Below the pieces are notes generated by a model that was not told the DNA's origin, did no database searches, and was given only the letters and a program-made list of their open reading frames with translations. The translations under genes were made by a program, and so were the position numbers. From the NCBI RefSeq assembly GCF_021869535.1, contig NW_026262679.1, positions 83,824,001 through 83,888,000 on the forward strand: a stretch of DNA of 64,000 bases, in the 5' to 3' direction. Positions 50,438 to 61,841 of this stretch are shown in pieces; position 1 is the stretch's first letter, and each line of letters starts with the position of its first letter. Source of the stretch: Mytilus californianus. Taxonomy: Eukaryota.

Positions 50438-52176
50438 TTACAGTTATTCAAGAGAAGTTTTACCTGTCCATCTGAACAAAATATGAATTTTCTTACATAA
50501 TTTTTGTTTATATTGGAAGTCATTTGGATTTATAAAATATACAGGCGGAGACAAACTTTTTTTAATAGGGGTACTAAAAGGTTCCAACTGCAAAAAAATG
50601 AGGGATAGTTCCAGCCCAATTTTTGCCTTTTTTATATAAGTAAAAATACACAATCAAAAGAAAGATTCAACTCATAGAATCTGTCAATGATAAGTACATG
50701 AATGATTGGTTTCTGTAGTTCATACATGGTTTAAAGAGGAGCTATGGTTTAGCAAAATAAATTACATAAAAAAATACTATTTGTCTGAAAAAAATCCCAG
50801 AAGTAAATATATCAAAAAAGAGGTAAAAAACTTAACTTCCTAAGAAGAGTCTGCAAAAGTTTAGTTGATTTATGCCAAAATATATAGATAGAGTTGCATA
50901 GTATAGATTGATTGATTGATTGTTGGTTGCTTAACGTCCAGTGGCAAATATTTCATGCATATTCAGGACGAGCATAGTATAGATGTGTGTCCCCTACTGA
51001 ACATGATGAATATAAACAGTTGAGTGTAGATCAAAGCTTCAAAATAATACAAAAGCTTCTTGCATATCTTCTGTGTATTCAATGTAAAATGTACGTATAC
51101 ATTGTATGTATGTATATGTATGTACATGTCAATTTTCCACTATCAAAATATTAAAATACATGAATAAAAGTATAGTCTTTTGATTTCCATTTGGAAGTTA
51201 AGTACATAGTTTGACCTGAAAATGTGTAAGAATCATTTACCCCTTTCCTTTAAATATAAGGTTTAAAAAATATACTTTACATACAGGGCTTCCAAAAAAT
51301 ATTTGTGCCAGCCGGACATTTTTTGTTTTATCCCGATTTTGATCCTTTAAGACATCATGCTAATCAGTTGGGCATCATATAAACAATGAATGACTGACAT
51401 AAAAACGATATTAAACTTGACATAAATTACATATATATGTTGTTCCCTTAAACATGTTAAGCTTGCATGTGTAAACCAGTGAAAAATAAATCTTTGAAGA
51501 CACTTTCATGTAAGATGTATGTAGCCTGCCATTCAATTGGTTTTGTGCTATTGAATGCATTTGTTGAAATGGAAATCCAATTTTCTATCCACATAATCTA
51601 GTGGTAAAGGAAGGATTGTGAATTAAAGACATGACAGCACAAAATCACATTAGAATCAAAGAATAAAAAAAAATGTGTGTCGCAACTTAACCATATTTGA
51701 ATAACCCAAGAAATCAAGTGTTTTCAACATGTTCAAACATGAAATAGGATAACCATATATGTTAATGGTAATTTTAAGTTTTGGTTTGGTTTGGTTTTTG
51801 GAATAATATAGTTGTGTACTATTTTGACTCAACATTGGATTTGGAAATTTAGGACACCTCTAGGCCTGTCATCAATATAAAGAAGATGCACAACTTCACA
51901 TCCTGCAGAAATTTTTGCAAGACTGGTTGGGATTCAGATTGATAAAAATGTGACAACATAAATGAAATGACAAATAAAGAGTGATCCGTTCCGTAAGTGT
52001 CAAAATAATATATTACATAAATTACTGACTTGACAATGATAAACAGTTACACTGCATAAAAATAAAAGGCAGTGACCTCTTCTCTTTTTTGGTTCTGCTA
52101 TAAACATGATAAAAAAAAAAATGACAAATATGCTTAAAACATAATACATGTATAACATTTGTGAAAACCTTCATTT

Positions 52177-54668
52177 TCAATTATTAGAATAACCATGAGC
52201 GCTTCTCATGTGGTTTAAGAGACTGTCTTTTCGGCTATATTCATTATTACAAAATTGACATTGATGTCGGATACCCATATGGTTGATAGCATGGCGTTTA
52301 AGACTGTCTCGTGTACTTAGCACAGATGAGCATACTGTACACGCTAGCTGTTGACCAATTTCATCAGGATGAGCAAACCTATGTTCCAGAATTTCATTCC
52401 AAGAATTCAAATAAATTCCACAGATACGGCAAACTGGTACAACATTTGCCAGACGACATGCCGATTTTCTTTGACGTCCCGGTGTTTGTGACTGATCCAT
52501 GTTAGAAATCTCTATAAAGGACTGCATTACCTCTTGTTGTAGCTGTTCTGCGGTTTGATTATCGTATTGTGTAAAGTGATCACTGCCTGTATTAGATCTA
52601 GAATTTTCCAAGTTTTCGGTGAACTTGCCTAGTTGCTCTATGTCAATTATTTCTGGCTCTTCAACCTTAATTTGTAGCATTCCAGAATTTTCCGGTGGAT
52701 ATGGTATGGCCGCTGTAGATGAACTAGAATTTTCACAGTTAGTAAAGTTTATATTTGAGGTAGATGCTCTACTGATATTAAATGAACTACTTAATTGTGA
52801 ATCTTGTGAGTAACTTGAATCTGACATGGTTTGTTCAGAGTGATACATTAGCACGTGTCTTTTTAATTTCTCAACATTGACAAACTTCTCTTCACAACAA
52901 CCACAAGAATAATTCAATATATGATTTACATTTATCATGTTTGTACCACTTTGTGATCCAACAAGCTGATTACTTGGTGAACGTCTTTGATTCTGATCAG
53001 TCTGAAAGATATGTTCTGGGGTTTGTACATGTTGTCTAAATGGAGTAAATTTCCGTCTTACGTGAGAACTTCCACCTTTATTGTTACTGAACGGTGATAT
53101 GTTTGGCTTTGAATCTTGCCTATTTATTGCACTTAGGTTTGGTAAATTGCTATGTTCGGACTTAGGAAGAACAAATTTTGAAGCCGGAGGGTGTAGTTTC
53201 GGTTTTTTCATATGTACCAAACTTTTTGCTGTACTATGTGTTTTGATGTGTGCTGCAAGCAAATCTCTACTTCCAAATGTAGTTGGACACTGAGGACATT
53301 TAAATGCATTCCTCTGAAGATGCCAAGTATAGTGGTGTTTCATCACACCCCAATCAAAAGCCTTCATTCCACAAACACAACATTTTATACCAATATTGTG
53401 TATTTTACTATGATGAAACATGTCAGCTAGTGAAGAAACCGATCTCTTACATATTTTACATTTTTCAATAGTAGCTTTGTTTGATCCTTTTGACAGTGAT
53501 GTTGATCTAATAAATTTAGGACGTTGATTTCCTAAAACAGACTGCGGTGCTCTTTGCACTTCATTGGTTTTTCCACTGAAATTTTCAGTGCTGAAGGTAT
53601 TAGCACTAGCTCTATGAACTGATTCCCCATGGTCATTATTTCTATCTATCACTTGCTCTGATGGTAAGTTAGCATAAGACACAGGAATATTGGATAAATC
53701 AACGACACTCACATTTGTAGAATTCTTAAATTCTTCATTATCTAAGTCAATATCTTTGCTTGTACAAACGGTATCCATGCTGCTGGTCTCGTGAACAGCA
53801 ATCACATCTTCACTTATCGGTGAGACCTCAGGTACTTCCATTTTTCTTTGTTCAGATAATTCTATATTTGATTTCTCTTTTAAAGTGTCAGATTTAGTAT
53901 TTTCAAGTTCAACTGAATCCTGTGACTCAGAATCTTCCTCACTAGAGGATTTATTTTCAGTTATAATAAACATACTGGCACTTTCAGGTTCACTAAGGTC
54001 AGAGGTTTCTTTTGATTCATTGCTTGCTGTTCTCTTTCGTTTCAAGGGGATACCACTACCCATTTCTACTTCTACAAGGGATACATTTGTAGCGGCATCC
54101 ACAAATGTCTTTAAATCTTTTTCCTCCTGGTGTAAAGCATTTTCCCGTGGTATATCCGTGTTTGTTGATGCATCAATTGATACATTTGCAGCAGCATCAA
54201 CAGACATCTTTAAATCTTTTTCTTCTTTGTGTAAACTATTTTCCAATGGTATATCGGTGTTTGTTGATGCATCAATCATAACCTTTGTACATTCGGTACT
54301 TTCATTAGAATTGTTCTTCTTTTCCTCCAAATGCAAATCAGTCTGTTCATTTTCTTCTTTATCTTGTGTTTGGGATTGCTGCTGCACAAGAACACAAGAC
54401 GCATCATCTGATGTTTGTTTAATTGTTTCATTTTTGTCTGATACAGATTCAGAGTCACCATGTTTTACTTCATCTACGTTTTCTTCAGCTGAAGAATTTA
54501 AATTGTTTATAAACTTCTTTGTGACAATATTCCCAATGGATTTATCTGTTAAGTGAGATCTGTGTAAAATAGAGTCACTGAAATGAGGTAGGTTAATTAT
54601 TGATAAGGAGGCAGGAATCTCAAGTTGTAATTTGTTCTCTGATGCTTCATCACTGTTGCAGGTCTCAA
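52177..54668 (-). CDS. ZF-C terminal exon, seven C2H2 zinc fingers (3+1+3); full protein about 880 aa
   Basis: atcttcattttcag|TT, phase 1, 2492 nt open to TGA; fingers include CPQCPTTFGSRDLLAAHIKTH and CQFCNNEYSRKDSLLNHMRSAH. An alternative in-frame acceptor lies at 54701. Confidence 0.9.
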
Positions 54669-54784
54669 CTGAAAATGAAGATAAAATCATACTTTCAATA
54701 ACTATAAAATTGAGAATGGAAACGTGGGATGTGTCAAAGAGACAACAACCCCACCAAAAAGCAGAAAACAGCAATAAACTACTT

Positions 54785-55140
54785 ACACAGAAATGTCTCA
54801 CCTCTTTGTAATTTTGATAGTAAAATGCAAATGTTGAAATTAAAATAGCAATGCTTTAACAAGTAAAATTTTCAGTCAATAAACCATGACTGAAGGAACA
54901 GAGCCAAAGCATTTCCATGGAAATAAGATATGACAATGCTAATACGACTGCATATCAAATATTATTGACTTATCATATGTGGTTTCCCTAAAACTGACCT
55001 AATCACAAACTTTAACATGTTAACTATGCAATAGTTTCAAAGTCAATGACCATGATTGAGGGGGCAGGGCCAACTAACTGACTAATCTTCAACATGTACT
55101 TGCAAATGAGGTTTGCCAATGCTTCTATAACTGCATACAT
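54785..55140 (+). mobile_element. 5' fragment of the 167-bp-unit HINE family in the ZF-C intron
   Basis: AAATGTCTCACC..TGTAATTTTGAT..AATGCAAATGTTGAAATTAAAATAGC matches 14370-14440. Confidence 0.7.
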
Positions 55141-56747
55141 AATATATCAAAATATATCAATATTTTTTAAATATCTGTCTTGTTATATGAGATATAAATA
55201 TCATAAAAAGCATTACAAAAGGGAAATAACTTTTGAATCTACAATAGTCTATATAAATATTTAATAACAAATATCACATACAGCATAGCTGAGCATACCA
55301 TACCACACCAACCACCAACAACTGAGAACTTGGTCATTAAATTATGCTCAATATTCAGAGTACAAAATTTTTGCTTGAAACACCAATTCAACGGAAGGAA
55401 ACAAAAAAAAACAGAAATAACACTTCTCACAGGTTTCATGAAGTCATGTTTGTGCAAGGCCAGTATTCAAAATTGTGGACCATGGTAAGAAAGAAACATT
55501 ATTAGTATTTACTGTTGAGAGATTTAAGTAATTTTCAGAGTTTAAATACACCGTTCTTCATTTATACAACACTTGGTGCACTTCATGATTAGGAAATCAA
55601 TATAACCAAAAATTTGTGTTTTTATTCTCAGATGTAAATATAACAACGTGCCTGCGCCAAAATTTGTTATCAATTTTAAGTAAATGAAGAAATCTTATTT
55701 ATCATGTTTATTGTAAATAATACTTTATTTATATTGTTTAATGTCAACATGTAGTATATTTATGCATTTTAATAATCTCTTATATAATTATAATTCTGTT
55801 GAAATGGCTCTCTCATTATACATGTTATATGTAGTATTATTAACATTGAATTTATAATTATAGATTATACATGTTGAGGGATGAGACTTTAATAAAACAT
55901 TGAATTGAATTGATATAAAAAAAATTATTAACTCAGTTCCTTTAGGTAGCTAAAGTAAATTGCTACTTAATTTATATAAACATCCATAGAGTTTACCTTT
56001 CATATTGAAGACAAGTAAATAATCAAAAATGAATAAAAAAATATTTAAAGAACTTTGAAGTATTATCTTATGTAAAGGTACAATGTACAAAAAATACTTT
56101 CTTAAACAAATTCAATTTATGCTTTCTTCAGAAAAGTATTTTCACTGAATATAAAAACCAAAAGTCCAATGAATATGCTTCAGTCTCAATAGGACTGAAT
56201 AGGTACAAAATGTACATGTATGGTTCCAGTTAGAATTTATTTCAGTTTATTTTAGAAAAAAAGATACACTTTTTTGTCTCTTTATTTGATTCATCATTTC
56301 AATATTACTATATACAGAATAATTTTTCACATAAAGATTACAGTTATTCACCACTCAAATAAATATATATATATTTAAGATTAATTTTATTCACTGCATA
56401 TGCATATTCATGTGTATGTTAATATTCCCAGAGGGCAACCCTACATTTATAAAATTAATTCTGTTTTTAATTTTGCATTTTGTACATGTAGTGTGATTTA
56501 GATGTTCTGTGGATCTATAGTTATCGTTTTATTGTATTTGTATGTAGTTCTGTGGTATATTTTGGCTTTCATGTGGTAAAAGGCTCTGGATGTGGAATAC
56601 ATCGTGACATTTGTAATCCCATCCATAATGTTAACAATGATAATGGTACCATAGTAATTAATAATTTGAAAAAAACAACCAGAGGTAAATGAGTATCAGG
56701 GTAAAAGTACACAGGGTGTGAATGGGATTCATGGGTGATACGAATAC

Positions 56748-57417
56748 GGATCTGTTCGCCAAAAATCATGTTCGCTCCCATTCACATTCGCCTCCTTTCA
56801 CGTTCGCACCCCACACGTTCGCAACCTTTTTATGGGTTTTGTGTTGAACGATTTTTTAATCATGTTTTAGTTAGTGTATTGGAATAATAAGTTTTTTTTT
56901 ATTGATTCAAAATAAAGTGACATTCTAAAAACATAAACAGGTTTCCTACTACATGCACTTTAACCCTACACAATCATTCAAATCATGAACTATTTCATTA
57001 AAAAAAAGCACTAGTGTAGAGTAACTACTTCATAAAATTAGTAATAGAGCACTAAAATATCTTTAATATCACATTATACACCATTCACACACCAATACTA
57101 TAATATATGCACTAATAATTGAATATCAGAGACTTATATACTAAACAGTTTAATTAAGAATTAATGTATTTAAAAATTTAAATAAATCGTCAACTGGTTT
57201 GTCTGATTGTCCCTACAGTCTTCATCAAATCCTCCCCCCCCAGAAAAACAATATATCATTTTGAAATTCCTGAATTTTTATTAATGTCAATAATGAAAAT
57301 ATAATTATACATCTAAAAACATCTAGTAATTCAATCAGCATTAGAATAAAAATTGGGTGCGCACGGAACCCAGAAGGAACGTGTAGGGTGCGAACGTGTA
57401 TTGGGAGCGAACAGACC
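56748..57417. mobile_element. TIR element with CACGTTCGC subterminal repeats
   Basis: GGATCTGTTCGC ... GCGAACAGACC termini; several ACGTTCGC / GCGAACGT motifs near both ends. Confidence 0.55.
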
Positions 57418-57534
57418 TGATACCGGGCGATACAACCCGGATTCTAAACTTGATGCCATGTTTCTATCTGATTCGATCCTTTCTAAGTCTAATTAAAATA
57501 GTGTTTGTAAATTTTTATGTTGTTTTCAATTTAC

Positions 57535-57685
57535 CAGCAGAATAGTTGTTATCAGACTGTATAAACAATACTGAAATAGCACCAACAATCCTCTTTCCAC
57601 TACCACAGAAGCTATGTTTACTCAGAATTGTGACTTCATCTCTTTCTGCGTTGTAATCAGCTTTAGCCATATTCTGGACTTCCAT
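57535..57685 (-). CDS. ZF-C coding exon 1: MEVQNMAKADYNAERDEVTILSKHSFCGSGKRIVGAISVLFIQSDNNYSA(V)
   Basis: ATG 57685 aligns with the paralog starts (an in-frame upstream ATG exists at 57712); donor GCTG|gtaaat phase 1; 151+2492 nt = 881 codons. Confidence 0.82.
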
Positions 57686-57789
57686 AATTTTCTTCTTAAG
57701 AGAAAAGTTCATGTAAATGTGGATTTCCCTTCCTCAATTCACATTTTTGGACAATTAGATAAATATTTTTTTGGAAAGTTTCAGAAACA

Positions 57790-57860
57790 AGCACTTCCGG
57801 TTTGAGGCGATTGTAAAATCAGGAAACGACAAAAACGGTCATTGATCTGGGCGGATTGCA
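57790..57860. promoter_or_regulatory. Putative bidirectional promoter ZF-C / SNX
   Basis: ACTTCCGG at 57793-57800 and GGGCGG at 57849-57854, between divergent ATGs at 57685 and 57883. Confidence 0.6.
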
Positions 57861-57882
57861 GTATGTGTTGGAGTTGCACAAA

Positions 57883-57942
57883 ATGATTCGAGTTGCAATA
57901 CCCGCTCACAAAAAAGTGGAAGATGGACAAAACACTTACACG
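57883..57942 (+). CDS. SNX24: SNX22/24-like exon 1: MIRVAIPAHKKVEDGQNTYT
   Basis: Resembles SNX24 MEVYIPSFRYEESDLERGYT in length (20 aa) and in the IP and YT motifs; the donor ACG|gtcttt is weak. Confidence 0.75.
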
Positions 57943-58488
57943 GTCTTTTACTTTTTCAAACACTTTATTTCACTTCATTTTTATTTGAAAATGACAATTA
58001 GCTGAAGGCAAATTAACTGGAACTCCATATTTTTTGGGGGATTGGCCCAAAATTGAATAACATGACATATCAATACATGACATAGTCTTTCATTTAAACT
58101 GATTTATATATAGAGGTCTAATTTTGTCAGTGAATTTTTACAAGAAGTCCATGGCAATGGCATGGAAGAATGAAACTGAAAGTCCATATAATTACATGAG
58201 GTCTTGTAATGCTTAATTTTTATAGACATTATCGCTAAATGAAAATCTGCGACACTTGAACTTTTGACGTCATGCAACAATCACTTTTCCTTTGTGGAGC
58301 AGACATTTTCTAGTGTGACGTCAAAATCTTACGAGAATCTTTGTGATGTCCAGTAATGGCAGACAAATAGCAAAAAGGTGTATTTTTATGCTGTGATGCC
58401 TTCCTTCAATGTAGGAATGCAAAACAGCAACAACAACAAAACAAATGTCTTCTTATGCTATTTTTATTTTTTGGCAATGATACTTTAA

Positions 58489-58824
58489 TAGACCACTTTC
58501 CATTGTCCTTCACCGGAAAAGTTCATCAATTATTCGCGCCTTTATGACATCTTTTACCAGATATAGGGGACCGCCTGTATTAATGCACTATTAAAGTTCA
58601 TCAAGCATCTTTGTGATCCTCATTATGCAGGATAAACTAGAAATAATATTTGTTCCGTAGGTACTTAATTACAATTCCCTAATGACAGCTGTGCTGATTA
58701 TCAATTATAGGAATTTAATATGCCAAATAGTTTGTGCAATATAGCATCATATTTTTTCAACCTCTAGCTAAACATGGGAAGGACGTGACGATGCCCCTAA
58801 ACTCACAAACTCGAAAGTGGTCTA
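58489..58824. mobile_element. MITE in SNX intron 1
   Basis: TAGACCACTTTC ... GAAAGTGGTCTA perfect 12-bp TIR. Confidence 0.65.
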
Positions 58825-59232
58825 TTACTACATTTGAAATTTTTTCACAGATTCATCTATTGGTCAATCTGTTTAAACATTTGTCAGTTCTATTGTCCCA
58901 TTAAATAAATACAACAGCTATTGTTCTCTGTGTAGTTTATTCACCATGTTCACTGGGACCTTTAAATTTCTTCTAAGAGAAATCCATCACTCTTTGATTA
59001 ATTTACCTGAGTAAAAAAATTATCTTCTAACACATTTCTAAATAGATGAAATACATGTTTTATACTCATAAACCTCATTTGGTTTGCAATAAACACATGA
59101 TGCAATGATTGAACAATACAAATTCACTATAATCATAAGCTCTGTCAACAAGTCTTTTAGGCCAGAACGCCATGATCATGATGATACCCTTATGATGGAC
59201 AACAGAAACGTTAGCATAAACAATATTTTATT

Positions 59233-59759
59233 ATGATGATGATGGATGATGGATGGCTGCTTAACGTCCAGTTGCAAATTAATATGCATATTCCGCACTA
59301 GAATATGTTCATGTAGTAGCAGTGTATCCCAAACTCTGTCTGACTGACAAAATGTCAGACAAAAAATCATTCGGTCAGACAGAAATATTAAGATTTTTTA
59401 GTTGAAAATATAGTAGAAAAGTTCAAATTTCTTTTTTGGTCAGGCAAACCTTAAAACAGTTTGGCACAGACTGGTAGTATGAATTTTTACCCTGCTTTGT
59501 ACTAGACCGACACGCTGAGCCGGACTTTTAACGTGCTAGTTCACACAGTAACAGTCCGCAGGAAGACATGTCACCTTACCTTGACACATTATTCTGACTC
59601 TGAGCCGACCAGTATTTGATCTTACTCCTTAATGCAGCATGCTTAGCAGAGAAGCAGCGAATTCCAATTTTAAAGTCTTTGGTTTGACCCGACCGGGGTT
59701 CGAACCCACGACCTCCCGCACTCGAGGTGAACAGGCTACCATGAGACCACCGAGGAGGT
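59233..59759 (-). mobile_element. tRNA-derived SINE interrupted by a 154-bp MITE (59320-59473)
   Basis: Same family as 2678-3026; insert CAGTGTATCCCAAACT ... AGTTTGGCACAGACTG flanked by GTAGTA on both sides. Confidence 0.78.
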
Positions 59760-59910
59760 TATATTATGAATTAATTACATCTTATATAATATAAATTCAC
59801 ATTGTGGCTAATTGGATTCAGAAACAAGCGCCAAGTGCTTATACTAATTTATCTCCTTAGAATATCTGTATTTAAATGTCTGTACTTATTCATCAATTTT
59901 ATTTGAATAG

Positions 59911-60000
59911 GTGTTCTGTCTTGAAGTTTTGGACTGCAGTTCTGGGAAGATGACACATATTGAAAAGCGTTATTCTGAATTTGAAGCAGTGCATAAACAG
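59911..60000 (+). CDS. SNX24: SNX22/24-like exon 2 (PX domain): VFCLEVLDCSSGKMTHIEKRYSEFEAVHKQ
   Basis: ttgaatag|GTG...CAG|gtatga, 90 nt; PX motif EKRYSEF. Confidence 0.92.
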
Positions 60001-60959
60001 GTATGATTGAATATGTTTGTAATCCACTAGATTGCTTGATTCAAATTTTGGAAGAAGGTCAAATCAAGAACACTCTACAACTAATAGTTAGGGGAATGGT
60101 TTATGACTCATGATGATAAAAAAGGGATATGCATGAAATTTGACATAAAAAGATAAAAAAAAAAAAAAATCGTGTAAGAACTTGAAACACTTCCAGTCTA
60201 GTCTAGTTTTAGGCTGATATTGAAGACAGTTTCATATCTTTTAGACACAAAATGATTTATAATGGTAGATATTTTATCCAAATTGAACTAAACTAGCTAA
60301 ATAGGGTGTTTGTTTAAATGAGTACTTGGATGTGAAGGGAATAAAAAGAACAAATTGTGAAAAATGATGTACAAGTCTGTTCACATAAGGGAGATAACTT
60401 AAAACAACACAGTCACAATTTTGAAAACTAAAACCAAATCACTGATTGTACATATATGCATTTGATAGAGGTAACTTTCATTATAATATTATTCTTTGAA
60501 GCAGTGTATACTGTTGAAATTGTTCATACATTCATAATACATATGTTTTCTAAATATAAATTTTATATATAAATAAGAAGATGTGGTATGAGTGCCAATG
60601 AGACAACTCTCCATCCAAGTCACAATGTATAAAAAGTTAACAATTATAGGTCAAAGTACGGCCTTCAATACAGAGCCTTGGCTTACACCTGGTCTTTAGT
60701 CTTGTAAGCAACTGTGAAATATAAACTGACATAACACCAATAATGAAAGATCATAAAGCAACTTATTTGTTAACATACATGTAACCTTAATATTGACTGA
60801 CAAATGTAAATGTGTGGTATTGGTAGGCAATATCAAGTCTCTAAAACTGTCAAGTTTACGTTTGGAATTACAATTTATCCCAAACATAAAAAAATCATGA
60901 AATTATAAAAGCTCATCTATGGTTCAAAATATTGAAAATGTTAACATTATTAATTTCAG

Positions 60960-61070
60960 GTGAAAAAGATAGCAGGGATGAGAATACCAGAGTTTCCTCC
61001 TAAAAAGGTCATGAAATGGAACTCTAAGGTGTTAGAACAAAGGAGGCTTGGTTTACAAAATTATGTACAG
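60960..61070 (+). CDS. SNX24: SNX22/24-like exon 3: VKKIAGMRIPEFPPKKVMKWNSKVLEQRRLGLQNYVQ
   Basis: taatttcag|GTG...CAG|gtatca, 111 nt; P.FP.K..W..KVLEQRR.GL motif. Confidence 0.93.
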
Positions 61071-61761
61071 GTATCACGGTTTATATTCACTTACAACCAT
61101 GACAGTATAAAACATGCAGGTCTTAACCTAATTTAAAGTAAAATTCTGATTGTTCAATAGTTAAACAATTCTATCCTGGACACAGGTTTTAGTTTAGATT
61201 TTCTATGCCCTGCACAGGATATAAACAAGGCTAGCAGGTTAAAGAGAAAACATTCAAAATTTCAAGATTGGAGAACGGTTTTGAAAATTACATGTTGAAA
61301 GTGTGTAAGGTAAAGGTCAAACTTTCAATGTCGATATTGTAATCATAAGCCAAATATAAACATTACTTATATCTACTGAAAAGGCCACCTGATCATGGAA
61401 ACTTTCATTGATTTTATGATGTCATTAACCATGAATATATGGTCAATGGCAAAAGACATATGTCTAGTGGAAAACTTCAGACCATAATATAAAGATTGTC
61501 TACCTCTTTTACATTGTACAGTATGCCTAGTACACATTTGACACCTATGGTTTACCTTTTACCTCATTCATTGCAGGCAAATTAAACTTATTTGAAGACT
61601 AAGCAAAATCTAGTTAAATTATAAATTTTTCATTTATATATCATTGATTCATTTGGAGACTAAACTATAAGATAGGCTTATCATTTATTTTGATTCTACA
61701 TTCTTACATTTATGTGAAGAATTTACTCTGCTAACCCAAGTATACATTTTTTTTCATTCAG

Positions 61762-61841
61762 GGAGTTTTGCAGGGAGACAGGTTGTCTAAGTCAATGTTG
61801 AATTTTTTGGAAATATCATTACCAGATTGTCAAAGTGAAGA
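61762..61841 (+). CDS. SNX24: SNX22/24-like exon 4: GVLQGDRLSKSMLNFLEISLPDCQSE(E)
   Basis: ttttcattcag|GGA...GAAGA|gtaagt, 80 nt, phase 0 to 2; LNFL closes the PX domain. Confidence 0.88.

Noticed and set aside
53885-54556. 223-aa plus-strand ORF
   Set aside because: Ser-rich antisense shadow of the acidic, low-complexity part of ZF-C.
54702-54801. Hydrophobic N-terminus MRHFCVSS..WWGCCLFD of the 874-aa ORF
   Set aside because: Reads through a dispersed repeat in the intron, upstream of both candidate acceptors.
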